Origin: Monocercomonoides exilis PA203 | Lineage: Eukaryota; Protista; Preaxostyla | Assembly: GCA_001643675.2 (NCBI GenBank) | Contig: LSRY02000052.1 | Location: 62,001-126,000 of the forward strand | DNA length: 64,000 bases | Direction of reading: 5' to 3' | Shown: in pieces, positions 39,101-51,700 of the stretch | Layout: the number at the start of each line of letters is the position of its first letter | How positions within the stretch are numbered: the first letter of the stretch is position 1 | The notes under the pieces: model-generated | What the model was told of the DNA's origin: nothing | Database searches by the model: none | What the model saw: only the letters and a program-made list of their open reading frames with translations | Position numbers and translations under genes: made by a program

Positions 39101-42100
39101 GCCTCGCAAACATCTCGTCGGCCGATGCAGCATCCTGCTTCCGCTGCAGCATGGGCGGGGGTGCCCTCCGCCTCTCCAACTGCACGCTCTCGGGCTGCCT
39201 GTCAGCCGGCGCCTCCCTCGGCAGTCTGGCGTTGCTCGCACACAGCCCGGCTGCAGCCCTGAGCTCGTGTGTGTTCGAGGGCACAGCTGCCGGCCAGAGC
39301 GAGCACAGCCAGCCCGGCAACACTGGCCGAGACGAGCTGTGCGCCTGGAACACCTCGCTTGTTGCGTTCGCCAACTGCACCGCCACGCTCAGCGACACCA
39401 CAGTCTCGCACTCGCCGCTCGGGGGCATCGCTGCCGCTGCCAGCAGCATCGCAATGGCCGACGCCCGGATGTTTGCCAACAGCCCAGCTGCCCCGCACTA
39501 CCCCTCTGCCCGCAGAAACATCCTCTGCACCGGCCCCGGCACCCTCGCCATCGCAAGCCTGAAGGGCGGAGACGGCACCCCCGATGCCCCTTCCCTGTGG
39601 ATCCGGAACGAGGGGTGCCGCCTGGCCGGCATCATCCCCGACCGCCCCTCGCCCTTCTTCGTCCCGGTGCTGTCGTCTGCTGCCGCCCAGGAGGATGGCA
39701 GCCACATGGCGCTCACCCTCCGCGGGGCGCTCCTCCTGCCCTGCAGCCTCGCCTTCCGCCTCGTCACAAGCGCAGACGGCGTGGATGTGGTCGACAGCCA
39801 CGAGTTCGCAGACGACGGGTATGTGTCGGAGAGCGAGGCGCGGGGGCGTGTCCCGCTGGCCACCTTTGCCTCTGCACCCCCCTCTGCCGAAATCAGCGTT
39901 GCTGTCCTGTTTGGCGGGGCTGACGGCGCGCTGTGTGCAACACCACCCCTCGTCCTCAAAAACAGGTCAGAGCCTGCCAGCGCTGCCCACCCGGCCGAGG
40001 CTGCCGCACCGGCACTCCCGTCCTGGCTCGTGCTCCTCCTCGTTGCCTTCGGCCTGCTGTTCCTCGCTGCGCTGGCGGTGTCGGTTGCTGCCACAGTCCG
40101 TTGGAGAAAGCAAAAAAGGAGAACAGAAGAGTTGGAGGTGATTGTGAATGATAATATCAGAAAAGATCCGAAGGCGTTCGAGATGGTGACAATGGAGATG
40201 TCGCCCGAGGAGCAGTGGAGGAGAGCTGAGAGAGAGGCGGAGAAGAAGAATGATGAAAGGATAAAGAAGAGGGTGTATGCGAAAAGCTTGGGACACTCGG
40301 AGTCATCAGAGCATCTTCTGTCTGAGAGTGGCTCCACTGAATACATTTTGGGAAAGGATTCAGACAAGATTCCTGATTGGGCATTGGAAAAGGTTGAAGA
40401 GGAAGAGACAAGAAAGAGAACACCATCACCATCCATCTCATCCACTTCAACCACTTCAACGACAGATTCAGATACAACATTTGTTCGTATGGAAGATGCA
40501 TGCCCGACCACTTCATCGATGTCGAATCTGGTGGATGCGATGGCCTGCTCGTCTCCACACGAGAAGCTGATTGTGGATCTGAGGGATTCACTGTTCATGT
40601 TGCTGCATGGAAGGAACGAGAAGAAGGAGATGGCGATTGGCTCATTGAAGGAGAGGGAAATGACAGCTGCCCAAATCCTGTTCTGGGTGGCGAATCTCGC
40701 ACTCCACTCCTTTGACGAGATGGAAAACGGATTGTCTTCGCTGGCCAATCTCAGCCCCCACATTGTGCTGTTCTCGGAGCACATGGTCATCTGCATTGCC
40801 CTCCACTCCGACTGTTCATCTTCAGACGATTCCGACTCATCCTCCATCTCTTCGTCAACTGTTGTGACATCTGCCAGTGATGATGACGACGACGATGATG
40901 ATAGAGACTCGCTGCCCTCATCAGCGTTTGAGGATGCAGATGACAATTGGAAGGAGTGCCTGAGGTGGAAGGCGCCGGAGCTGCAGATGAGCAAGAAGAT
41001 GGGGGCAACAAAGGAGTCGGTGGCGTTCTCGATCGGGATGATGCTGTGGGAGTGCCTGGCGCTCCAGATCCCGTTTGGGGAGTATCCGGCCGAGGTGGCA
41101 GGGCAGAAGATCGCGAACGGGGAGAGGCCAAGGCTGGGGGCAGCAGGCGGAAGCACCCTGCTCGATGCAGTCAGGATGTGTCTCGAGCACGACCCTGGCT
41201 CCCGGCCGTCGCTCGTGCAGGCAAAGCGCGAGCTCATCCAGCGGTTTCCGAAGGGCGCAGCTGTGCCCACAGCATCCGATACAATCACCCTCGGCTGCCA
41301 GTCCCAGCCCCCCAGCACAGCCGCCTCCAGCGACCTGTTGGAGCCCAGCGGGCAGACAACGCTGAGATGAGCACCAAGCGCTCCTCCGCTGCTGCCCTGC
41401 CGAAAGGCTCAAACCTCATGAGACAAATGCAAATACAAAGAAACAACAACAAATGCAGGAGAAGCGAAGTGGCTTCTGCACAGACAAGGCCTGCACAAAG
41501 TGGCCACAAACACCCACTCGGTGGGCTCTGCTGATTGGGAACGACTGGCGTTGTTCCCCCCTTTTTCTCTTTCTTTGCCACTCTCAGTGGCATTTCCACC
41601 ACACACACGATGCACCTTTTTTATCTCCCAGTTTTTTCTCCCAGTTTTTTCTCCCAGTTTTTTCTTCATTTTTGTTTGCTTTTGTTTGTGTGGCACATCA
41701 ACCCTGCTTTTCATCTTGCAGATGACAGAGAAGAGAAGAAAAAAGGAAAGAAAACCATCCAATCTCCCTGTCACAATCTGTTTGTTCGATTTTTTTTTTA
41801 AAAATTTTTATTGGGAAAAAAAAAAAGAAAAAAAGGAAACACAAAACACAACAAAAAGGAAACAGCAGACACTTTCTAAGGCTTGCTCTCAATCTCCATC
41901 TCAACACCCTTCGCCCCCGAATCCTCCCCCAGAGCCCCAGCCTTCTCCTCCCCAGGCACCAGATCCTCAATGTCCATCATCTGCGACGCCAAAGACAAAG
42001 ACGACGACGAAGACAAAGACAAAGATGAAGGCAAAGATGAAGGCAAAGATGAAGACGATCCAGAAGCAGAATCCAGCACAGACGACTGCAATGCCCCTTT

Positions 42101-42344
42101 CTCCCCTTCCATCTTCATCTCCTTCATCTCCTTCATCTCCTTCGCCTCCTTCATCTCCTCTCTCTCTTTCTGCTCTTTCTCCCGCTGCTTCAGCGTTTCT
42201 GGGTCTGAGTAGTAGTTCCGGCTCTTCACAAAATACTCCAGCGGGTTCATCGGCGCCTGGAGGTTGAACGAGATGTCTCCTCCGTGCCTGAAGTAATACA
42301 TCACAGCACACGCTGGCTGCACACAAAGCACAACACAAATTCAT
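31906..42344. repeat. Left arm of ~10.4-kb inverted segmental duplication
   Basis: Reverse-complement match to 53292-63764, with mirrored ORFs throughout the ORF track. Confidence 0.95.
33642..41370 (+). CDS. ~2,550-aa type I membrane receptor: Cys-rich beta-helix ectodomain, single TM, degenerate kinase (pseudokinase) tail; copy 1, intact
   Basis: Exon 1 (33642-33762) encodes signal peptide MFLFFLLALSEGGVCSCA and splices via intron 33763-33829 into the 2559-aa ORF. Repeated GGAI/GGG, FxxN and CGxxxxPC modules. TM WLVLLLVAFGLLFLAALAVSVAATV. Tail has RWKAPEL, SVAFSIGMMLWE, IPF and DPGSRPS. Confidence 0.88.
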
Positions 42345-43343
42345 AAACACAAACAATTTTTAAGGTATATCTTTTAAATATTATTTTTCAAACTTCACAT
42401 TTCTTTCCTCCACCTTCAACTAACGTGTCATAAACTTCATCTGCTTCCTTTGGTGTTAGAGAAGCTGTTTCAATAAGAGCATGTCTCAACTCGTCTTTCT
42501 GCATCCACGCAAAAGGGCATCCGTGACATTGGTCAGAAGTGCTTGGAGCTGGTCCGGATATCATTGAGCGACAGCTAAATTTTTATAAAATGTAAATTTG
42601 TCAAAGGGGAGAAAAAAATGAAACTTTCCGAATCAAAAATATAACAGAATAGCGAATGCTTCAGTTGAGCTTATCTCAAAAACAAAACACAAAAAAAGAA
42701 AGTGCATTTCCACTCTTCTCGAGTCTTTGATAGCGCAACATACGATTTTGGCTTGAAATTTGCCCTTTTCCCTTCAAGTCCATAATTATATCGGATTCCA
42801 TAAGCATATTCTCTCTCAAACTTCGTATCACCCACTGTTTGAGTTAACTCTCCCCTGAACAACGCCATTGTTTCTTCAAGTCCCATTCCGCATCCCTAGA
42901 AAACCACATTCAGAGAAAGAAATTTAATCCGGTTTCATGAAGTTCTTCTTCGAATAAAATAGCAATCAGCAAAAGAAACCTTCAAAAATAGCTGATATTG
43001 CACCCTTCCTTCGTATTTCAGATGATGTGCTCTTCGAAGATGCCGGTGAATCATCATCATGCAAAGAGGAAATGAAGCTGCTGCAAACTGCACATCAATG
43101 AAATAAAAATAAAATAAAATAAAAAACAAATTTTTAATAGTAAAAGTGTATACAAAAATTTAATTTTTTTTAAATAAATAGAATTTGACTATAATTTAAA
43201 GCCAAAATAAAACACAAACTGCATCAACATTGCTATTGTTTATTCGTGCTCCAGCAATGCTTACATCCTTTGAAGCAACTTCAGGCTGACGAATTATGGC
43301 TTCGAGATACGTACACTATTAAAATTTATATTGTTGATTGCCG

Positions 43344-43384
<41 letters not shown>

Positions 43385-44582
43385 ATAGACATAGTTTAAT
43401 AATAATATCAGATAAAACAAATTGCATACAATTCTTGGATCCGTTTTTGATAACTTTTCATAAAGATTGGCAGCAGTATCCATATCCTTTTGCAAACGCT
43501 ATGGGCAGAAATGATAAAATATTTGTGGAAAAGAATCAATGTGAAAGGTGAATAGAAAAAAGTGAATTTTCAAAGATTGAAAAGCTTTTAAAGTTATTAC
43601 ATTAAAAAAAAAAAATATGTCACTATTCTTTAACTAGATGCTCTTTATTTCCAACAAACCTCGGCCATAATTGTTTCAAACACACGACACAAATGTTTAC
43701 GATGAACAACAGCTACACTTCCACAAAGATATGCTCTACGCTGTTGAATAAGAGTGGGGCATCGCTGCCATGGAACCTTTTATTTTTAAAATTCAATTTA
43801 TACGAAATTAAAGGAGAATAAAGGAAAAAGTTGAAAAAAACAATCAAAAAGATCATACCAAAAAATAATCTTTTAAATTAACATCATTTCCGTATTCACT
43901 CAGAGTGCTATCCGAGACTTGTTGCCATTGGAGCCAATTCTTTATCTTTTTCTTGAACGAATCGTCAGGCTAAAATATTTGTAATTCACGTTCATTAAAT
44001 TTCAAAAAGTCAATAAAATTTAATTAGTTTTTAAAAACGTTATGAAATGAGACATACATCATCGTAGGCAAAATTATTTTTATTGATAAATGCAGTTTGT
44101 TGCTGTAATGTAGCATCAGTATATCTAAAAGAGAATATTATAACTTCACTATTCACGAATGTCCTAGCAAGCTCATGACTATAAAAATAAAAAATTTAAT
44201 AATTATGTAGCAATGTATTTCATAATAAACGTACTTTTTTGCACAGGCAAGCTTATAGATCCAATGAGAAGCTTGATCACCTCTTTTTGTCATTATTGGA
44301 CGGAATTGAGAATCACTTTCAATTGCCGCAAAAATATTTATTTGCTCTTCTCTGGTCTTTCCAGTTAGTTCCAACAATCTCTTGTGAACTTCAAATTCAA
44401 AAGAAATTTATTTAAAAAATCAAAAAAGAAGCACTACATTGACTTCGAAGAAATCCAAGTTGATAAAAATCATCAAGAGACACAGTATCTGTCGGCTCTA
44501 CATTGTAAAATGATAACTCATATTTATCAACCCTTGAAGCCGGACGGTAGGATGATTGTTGTTTTGAACGAAGAACTTGCAT
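41876..44582 (-). CDS. PRIM2: DNA primase large subunit (4Fe-4S), multi-exon
   Basis: LSFYNVEP, DQASHWIYKLA, FPLCM..IH..L...HHLKYEGRVQYQLFLK, YAYGIRYNYGLEGKR, SC, CHGCPF and PAC..Y. The four Fe-S Cys positions are present. The last intron is 42317-42393. Confidence 0.93.
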
Positions 44583-44823
44583 AAAGTTGTTAAGGGTTTG
44601 TAGCTTTTATTTAAATTATCAATTGATTGATTTTTTCTTTGAAAATAGAAATTAAAAATTCTGTACAAATCAAACAAAAACAACAAACATTATTCAAAGT
44701 TCAATATAAATTCTGAAACAAGTCTATCTCATGATGTACTTTTTATTTCAGAAAAAAGAATAATTTCCCGAAAAAACAAAAGAACAAAAAAGTGTTTAAA
44801 AAATGACGTGTGTTGACATGCTT

Positions 44824-45429
44824 TCAAATGATTTTCCTAAGTTTCAAAAACTTAATAAAGAAGCGAAGTTGCAAATAACCGAAACCAATGACAATTAAAA
44901 TTTGAATGATATGAAAGATAACTATTCTCAGTGCATTATTTGATTCAGTTGTAATTAGTTCATTGTGACGTTGAAGATAGTATTTTTGCTCAGCTTCAAT
45001 CATATGCATTTTCGATTCCAAGCGCTTTAAAAACATTTCAGGTGCCTCGTTAGCTTCTTGATCAGCAATAGAGTCTCCAAAGCCGGTTTTAACATCCATT
45101 GATAAATAAAGCGTTCTTTTTGATGACAAAAATGATGAGTTAGTTGCTAAGCAAAGTTGATGTTCCCCCGGAACCATTGACGTAAATGAAAATAAACCAC
45201 TTGGCTTTTGCTCGGATCGTAAAATATCAGCTCCGTTAGGGTCAACAACCGAAACTGTAACACCCACAGGACGACGATTCGTTTCATTTTTGTGTACTTC
45301 AAATTTATATTTTACTTGAACAAGTGTTTCAGTTGCATAATCATCTGAAACGCAAAATTCTTTTCCCTCTTGTACAGGAATAAGAAAAGAATCTGTTATT
45401 TGAATGAAAGAGAAGAGAATGAAAAACAT
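44824..45429 (-). CDS. p24/emp24/TMED family cargo receptor (GOLD domain)
   Basis: Signal peptide from ATG 45429, EFC...FSFTSMVPGEHQLCL, coiled coil, TESNN, TM, and tail LRFFIKFLKLRKII. Confidence 0.9.
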   Translation of the reverse strand: MFFILFSFIQITDSFLIPVQEGKEFCVSDDYATETLVQVKYKFEVHKNETNRRPVGVTVSVVDPNGADILRSEQKPSGLFSFTSMVPGEHQLCLATNSSFLSSKRTLYLSMDVKTGFGDSIADQEANEAPEMFLKRLESKMHMIEAEQKYYLQRHNELITTESNNALRIVIFHIIQILIVIGFGYLQLRFFIKFLKLRKII

Positions 45430-45600
45430 GTTCGAAAAAATGAGCACTAATGGGTCATTTTAACCATTATAGAATACTGATTGAGTCTGTGTTCTGAGGC
45501 TCCAGTCCGGGAAACCGTTTTATCTTTCATCACGCCTTGAAAGTCGAGTTAATTCTTAAAATTTTATTTCCTTATTGGAATTTAACCTCGTTATTTTGCC

Positions 45601-46497
45601 ATGCAGGTTTTGTGCTTTACGTTTTAACGTTGTATTTTTTTATAAATATTATTTTTGATTTAATAGAACATTACATCAGCATTTTCGCATCCTCCTTCGC
45701 TTATTGAAACAAAATATTGGATTTTTTTCATATGTGGCACACCTAAAACAACTTTGCTTGATGTCTTTGGGCGTCAACTTGCAGAGCACAGCATAAAGCA
45801 TGTAGTTCGATTGTCGCACGACATGTATCCAACTGAAAACCTTGAAAAAGATGGAGTTCAGTTTCATGTGTGCATTTGAGTGATCATTTGAAAAACTATT
45901 TTTTTTTCAATTCTTTCAGGATTGGGCATTTCCTGATGGTGATTCTCCTCCTCCAGAGTTTCTTAATCAGGTTTCAGTAAATCTTATGTAATATCACAAT
46001 TTACGTTTTGTTGTATCGTTTCTTTTTTTAATAGTGGTTTGAGTTACTTGAATCAATTGCCGCAAAGAAAGACAGTGCTTCAAAACCAACAATTGCTGTT
46101 CATTGTTCGGCAGGTCTTGGACGGTTTGAACGAAAAAGTTTTTATTTTTATAAGAAATTCACATTGCTTCAATTTTTTGTATTATCAAAACACTGCTATT
46201 GTTTATTTCCACATAAATGTGAAAAAACATTTCACAAATCATTTATTACCGATTTGCATCTGCTTTCAATTTTTGCACATTTACAACGTACTACTTAAAA
46301 CTTGCTGATACAGTGCTCCAGAATTTGTGTGCTGTGCTTTGATTGAATTTGGAATGGACCCTGCAGATGCTCTTGCTTTGGTTAGAAAACATAGGAAAGA
46401 TGCACTTAACAAAAAGCAAGTTAGCTACGTTTTGGGATATAAGAAATCGAAAAAGAGAAAGTTGTCGTTGAGTGATGGCGTTTGCTGTATTGTTTAA
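45601..46497 (+). CDS. PTP4A: PRL/PTP4A-type prenylated protein tyrosine phosphatase; five exons, not shown as one ORF in the track
   Basis: Spliced product MQ|NITSAFSHPPSLIETKYWIFFICGTP...VVRLSHDMY...FH|DWAFPDGDSPP...Q|WFELL...IAVHCSAGLGR|APEFVCCALIE...ALNKKQ...YKKSKKRKLSLSDGVCCIV*. Contains a CX5R P-loop, a polybasic stretch and a CaaX box. Confidence 0.92.
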
Positions 46498-46968
46498 ATT
46501 GCAGGATGGTCACTTCGTATTTTGGTGCAAGAGAAGAAGCGCAAAGTTAATCTTTTCTTATTTTTATTCAGCTCATTGGTTAACTTTCACTTTTAAAAAG
46601 TCGTTTATTCATTTTTTTTTTCTCTGGTCAAAGAGCGACTTGAAGGATGGAGTTTCAAGGTATTATTTCCTTGATTTTCAAGCATTTCAACAAATTGGAA
46701 ACTGAAGTTTTTGATTCATTATAATGCTATTCCTTTTATGTTCGTGTCTTTGGAGAGAAAAGTATTTTTATGTATTCTTTGTATTTTTTTTTCCCCCAAA
46801 AATAAATCGAAAAATATTTTAACTTTTGCATCACTTGAATTAACTTAAAATTATTTATGAAACAGAAGGAAATTTTGTGGAATAACACAAAAATAAAGCA
46901 TCTATAGAGATAAATAAATCATGAAATGGTTGAGAATTAGCGAAGTGAGATGCTCTAAAAGAATCTTT

Positions 46969-48531
46969 TCAACTATCTTCTTCTTCATTGTCTTCGTATT
47001 CGTTTTCTTCTTCTTCATCTTCTTCATCCTCCCCATCTTCTCTTGTTTCTTCTTCTTCGCTGTTTTCTGTTTCTTCATTCTGATTTAGCATTTCTTCTTC
47101 TGTTTCTCTTTCTTGTTTCTCTTTCTCTTCCTGATATTTAAAAGAAAAATAACAAAATGAATAAATGAATGCATTAAATTGAGAATACTTTCAATAAACA
47201 ACTTCAATTCATTTTGAAAGACCACAAAAAACAATATACAAAAACAATAGTTTCCACAAAACTGTTTAAAAATCCTTTATCGTAACAAACCTCTTCTTCT
47301 TGCAACCTTCTTTCTTCTTCCTCTTTTTTTCTCAGCTCTTCCAGTTCAGCTTCTTCCTTCCTCTTCAGCTCTTCCTCTTCTCTTTTCCTTTCTTCTTCCT
47401 CTTTACGAATTCGTTCTTCTTCTTCTTTTCTTAATCTTTCCTCCTCTTCTTTCTGTCTTTCTTCCTCTTCTCTTTGCTCTTTCCGCTCGGCAGCCATCTG
47501 CAACTCCTCTTCCGTTACTCTCTTCCCATCAAGCTTTTCGAGCCACGGAATAAATGATAGCACCTCAACTCTATAGCCATCTTCCAGTCCTATTCCAAAG
47601 GGATTCCCCTTCAACCAAACATTTTTTAACCCTTTTACTCGTTTTAAAAGAGGTAGTTGCTTCATATCGAGAATCTTATTTCTGGATAAATCAATTTCCT
47701 CAAGCATTGGAAGCCCGTCAGATGGCAATGACGAAAGATCACTAATAGGATTATGTGCTAAAATTAAGCGCTTTAGCTTGCTGCACGCAATAATTCCTGA
47801 CAAGTCAGTAATCATATTTCCTGACTAAAAGAGAAAATACAATAATAATTGAATGCAGAAATGCTTAAAAAGTCTTAAAATAATTAAGAAAAAGCAAACC
47901 ATATCCAATTCTTCGATGTTTGGATTTAGTCCATCACAGTTTGTAAGTATGTTTGCCCTTATTTCAAGAAACCTTAGAGGAATTGAAGGATCAGATAATC
48001 CAACTAGCCGAGAGATTTTATTTCCATTGAGGTTCAGGGTCGTAAGAAAGGGATGTAAAAACGAATCAACTTGAAGCTCGCTGATGTTATTTTCACTGAG
48101 GTCTAAAATCTGTAAAGAAGGCTTTTGTGCAATTTTTGGATTTTGAATTTTATTTCGAGAAAGATCCAAAGCAACGATATTACGCAAAAGAGGAGATCCC
48201 AACGGAGTAACGTCTTTGATGCAGTTATGCGAAAAATTTATAAATCGCAAAAACCGATATTGACTGATTATATCAATATTTTCTATTCCCATATCAACCA
48301 TTGTCAATCGAGTGTATGCCTGCGACAATCCTTCATCTACATAACGGAAAAAATTTTTTAATAATATATTTTTAAATGTTTTGAATCAATATCAAAACAG
48401 TAGACATTCATCATTTAATAATCAAAATATATCAAACTTGATGCTTGGAGGTGACTAAGACAAGGTCCTATCATCTCAGTCGTTAAACAAATTCCATTTT
48501 CATCCTCGCCATTAACGAGTTCTTCTGACAT
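46969..48531 (-). CDS. LRRC23: Leucine-rich repeat flagellar protein (LRRC23-like) with Glu-rich tail
   Basis: LTTEMIGPCLSHL..SNEGLSQAYTRL...YRFLRFINFSHN resembles the recalled LRRC23 N-terminus. SDS22-type LRRs and LRR cap (GNP...YRVEVL...LEKLDG). Four exons. Confidence 0.7.
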
Positions 48532-48725
48532 ATGCTTCCTTCAAACAGAAACGAAAATTTTTTGCTGAATAACAATATCCCATACAATTTCATTTCAAAT
48601 TTGAAGTTTTGAAATATTTTGAACGATAAATAATTATTATTGAAAATTCATAGGCAAAATAATTTTTCAATGATAAACCTTTATTATTATTATTATCCAT
48701 TCAAAACATAATTGTGCTTTTTTGG

Positions 48726-51700
48726 ATGGAAAATAATGAACAAGGCTTATGCGAATGGGTAGAATCCTTTACTCAGCTTAATCTGTCGTGTACTTCTCTT
48801 AAAAATTTGGAGGATGGAGAAACACTTTCGAAAATTTTGAATTATCTGTTTGAAATGCTTTTACTTCATATTGCTTAAATGAACATTTAATTTTTTGTGT
48901 TCAATTCAGACTTCAATCTTCAGAAGATTCGGAACAAATTACAAATGAAAATGTAGACAAATGCTCCTCTGAAACATTTGTTAAAACTTTAATCGATTTC
49001 TTTAAGTTTCGGCTTAATTTTCAAATTCAAACAACTTTCTTCGAAGAACGTGCGATAAGCTCTTTCTTAAAGGTTTGATTCCAAAGAAAGAATTCTGTCT
49101 TAATTTCATTATTTTAAAATTAGCCTCCATTTGACATTAATCAAGTTTATTCGTTTTGCCAGCTGCTATTATTTGCTTCGTGCTATCACCCTTTGCTAAA
49201 AGAAGAATGTGTCACACATATACTATCACTTTCAGAAGAGTCTCAGACAGTTCTAATGACCATGCTCCAAGAGGTATTTTGTTACAATTTGTTTATTTGT
49301 GCGTAATTTGATTTTTCACTTTAAATAGATTGGTCCCATGCTCATGTCACAACAAGAACAGGCTCATGAAAATTCGGTTTCTGTTGATTTAATTCCAAAG
49401 AGCACATCACCTCCTATCACACCTACGAAGAAAGAGTTAAATATACATAATCAGAAAGTTCATCAATCTCCTGTTGCAGATGTGGTTGAATCTCTTCGCG
49501 AATCAATAATGCAGCTCAAACTGTTGCACAGTTGTAGCGATAAGCAAGCAGCTGGTGATCCAAAAAAATGCAATTCATCGTATAATTTTGATTTAGACGA
49601 TATTTGTGCAGAAGAAAATGAAAGAAACTCAGAAAGCGATATCAGAAAGTATGAACATAACAAAAATGATGAAGGGCCACTCGAATCTGAAAATGAATCT
49701 TCACAACTTCTCTCTGCCTCTCAATTTGTGACTGCACTCAACCAGTCAATTGATGTATCCCTTGGCAAATCATCCTTTCAACCTGTTGATGAGTGCTTAT
49801 CACCGAAAATCACTTCTTCTGGTGGTTTTATGCTTCCCAAAAAATCTGATGATGCAAAACGTGATAATGAAGAGGGTATTGTAAACTCTGGTAAAGATAA
49901 GCCAAATACAGAAAAAGAAAGTGCACAAGAACATTCTGAATCCTGCGACTCAGAATACAGATCCAGTAAGCACGTCACTGATTCTGGAGAACGGCTTCAT
50001 CAGGTTCAACAAGAACGAAACGATCTTCAAAAGCAGGTGGTGCAGCTGCAGCAGGAGGCCGAGGAGATGAAGAGGAAGATTTATGACTTGACGATGATTC
50101 AGTGTGGTGGAGAGCCTCTTCCCGCGTCTCCTTCACAAGCTTCTCGTTCCACCCGCAATGAGCTGCCTGACACTTCTGGCACGTCTTCGTTATTTTCTCC
50201 TTCGTCTCCATCTGAGTATGTGTTTGCTTCGACTGCTGTAGCTTCTTTCATTTCAAAAGACGGAAGACACATGCATTCTCTTTCGAATATTTCTGATTCA
50301 TCTGAATGCGGAAAAGACGCGGAGTCAGACGAAGCTGTCTTGACGCATCGCACAAATGCTTCATCTGAAATGTCGTCTTCTTCTCGTTCGTCTTCTTTCC
50401 TCCCTTCTCTTTCTTGCACTCCGACACCTCCTCTTCCTACATCCACTTCAGAAAACGATTTGCATCCTGGTGATGTTTCGGGCAATGTTCAATCTTCCTC
50501 TTCGGCAGGATTTGATGCATCTTCCATGCAATTCGGAGAAATATCTCAAAACAATACAGGTCATCTCCAATTGCCAAATATTTCTATGTTTCAGTCGAAT
50601 ATTTCTGCTGGCAGTGAACAGATATCGCAAAATATGCAGCAAGACAAAGAAGTTGCCAGACTCCGGCAGAGGATTGATTCGCTGACAAAGCTTCTTGCAG
50701 AAGCCGAAGAGAAAGCAATTGCAGCTGAAGCACAGAACTCAGCAAGTCGAACAGAACTTAATGAAATGCGTGAGCGATTGAGGAATAACACAGCAATGGA
50801 AGAGGAGTTTGGGGTGCTGAAAAGAGAAAATGAAAGATTGGAAAAGGATTTAGATAGAAAGAGCAAAGAAATGAAGCATTTGGAAGAAGAATTGCAGAAA
50901 GCGAAAAAGAAACTTGAAACAAAAAAAGAAAACAGTAAGATGAATGACAAAACGGAAACCGATGGCAATTTTGATGTTGATGACGCTCCAAATGATTTGT
51001 GCTCTTTGAAATCGAATGGAAGCAGAGACAAAAGAGCAGACGAGTCGCGCACTGCTCTTGAAGCTGCGCTGCATGCAGCGCAGCAAGTGAAAGCGCTGAG
51101 AGAGAAACTTGCAGACAAAGAAGCTTCGCTTGAACGTGAAGTGGAAGCCAACGAAGCACTCAGAATGAACATGGAGATTCTCAACAGTAGGCTCACCGTT
51201 GCTTCGGGGAATTTGAAGAATTCAGAAGAGGAAAAGATGAAAATGCAGAGGATGTTGATGGAAGTGGAGGAGAAGATGAAAATCAAAGAGAAAGAGCGAG
51301 AGGCGGATTTGCAGCATGCTCAGAAGATGGAGGAAGAGATAAGGCAACTTAAAGAGCAAACACAACAATTTGAAGAAAGAGAAGAAGAAAGAACAAAAGA
51401 AATGGATGCAGAAAGACAGAAATATGCTGATGAATTGAAGGAATTAAATGACAAATCTCAATCAAATAAGAGAAATTCATTAAATTCAGGAAGTGAAAGC
51501 GAAGAAGAAAACTTTAACAAGAACTCTGAAGAGTGCAGTGAAGATGACGAAAGTGAAGAAGCGAATCAGAAAAGAAAGCACAAAGAAACTCTCCTTCTGA
51601 CAATTCAGAACTTGCAGAATTTGATGAATGAGCAAGAAAAGAAGGCAGCAGGAGATGTCCAACGAATCTCTGACGAAATGGTTGCGCAAAAGAGGCAGCT

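Noticed and set aside
33465-41800. Many long antisense and alternate-frame ORFs (300-630 aa) over both receptor copies and over the genes at 3-7 kb and 8.5-11.5 kb
   Set aside because: Expected shadows of GC-rich codon usage. They show no recognisable motifs, and their repetition comes only from the duplication.
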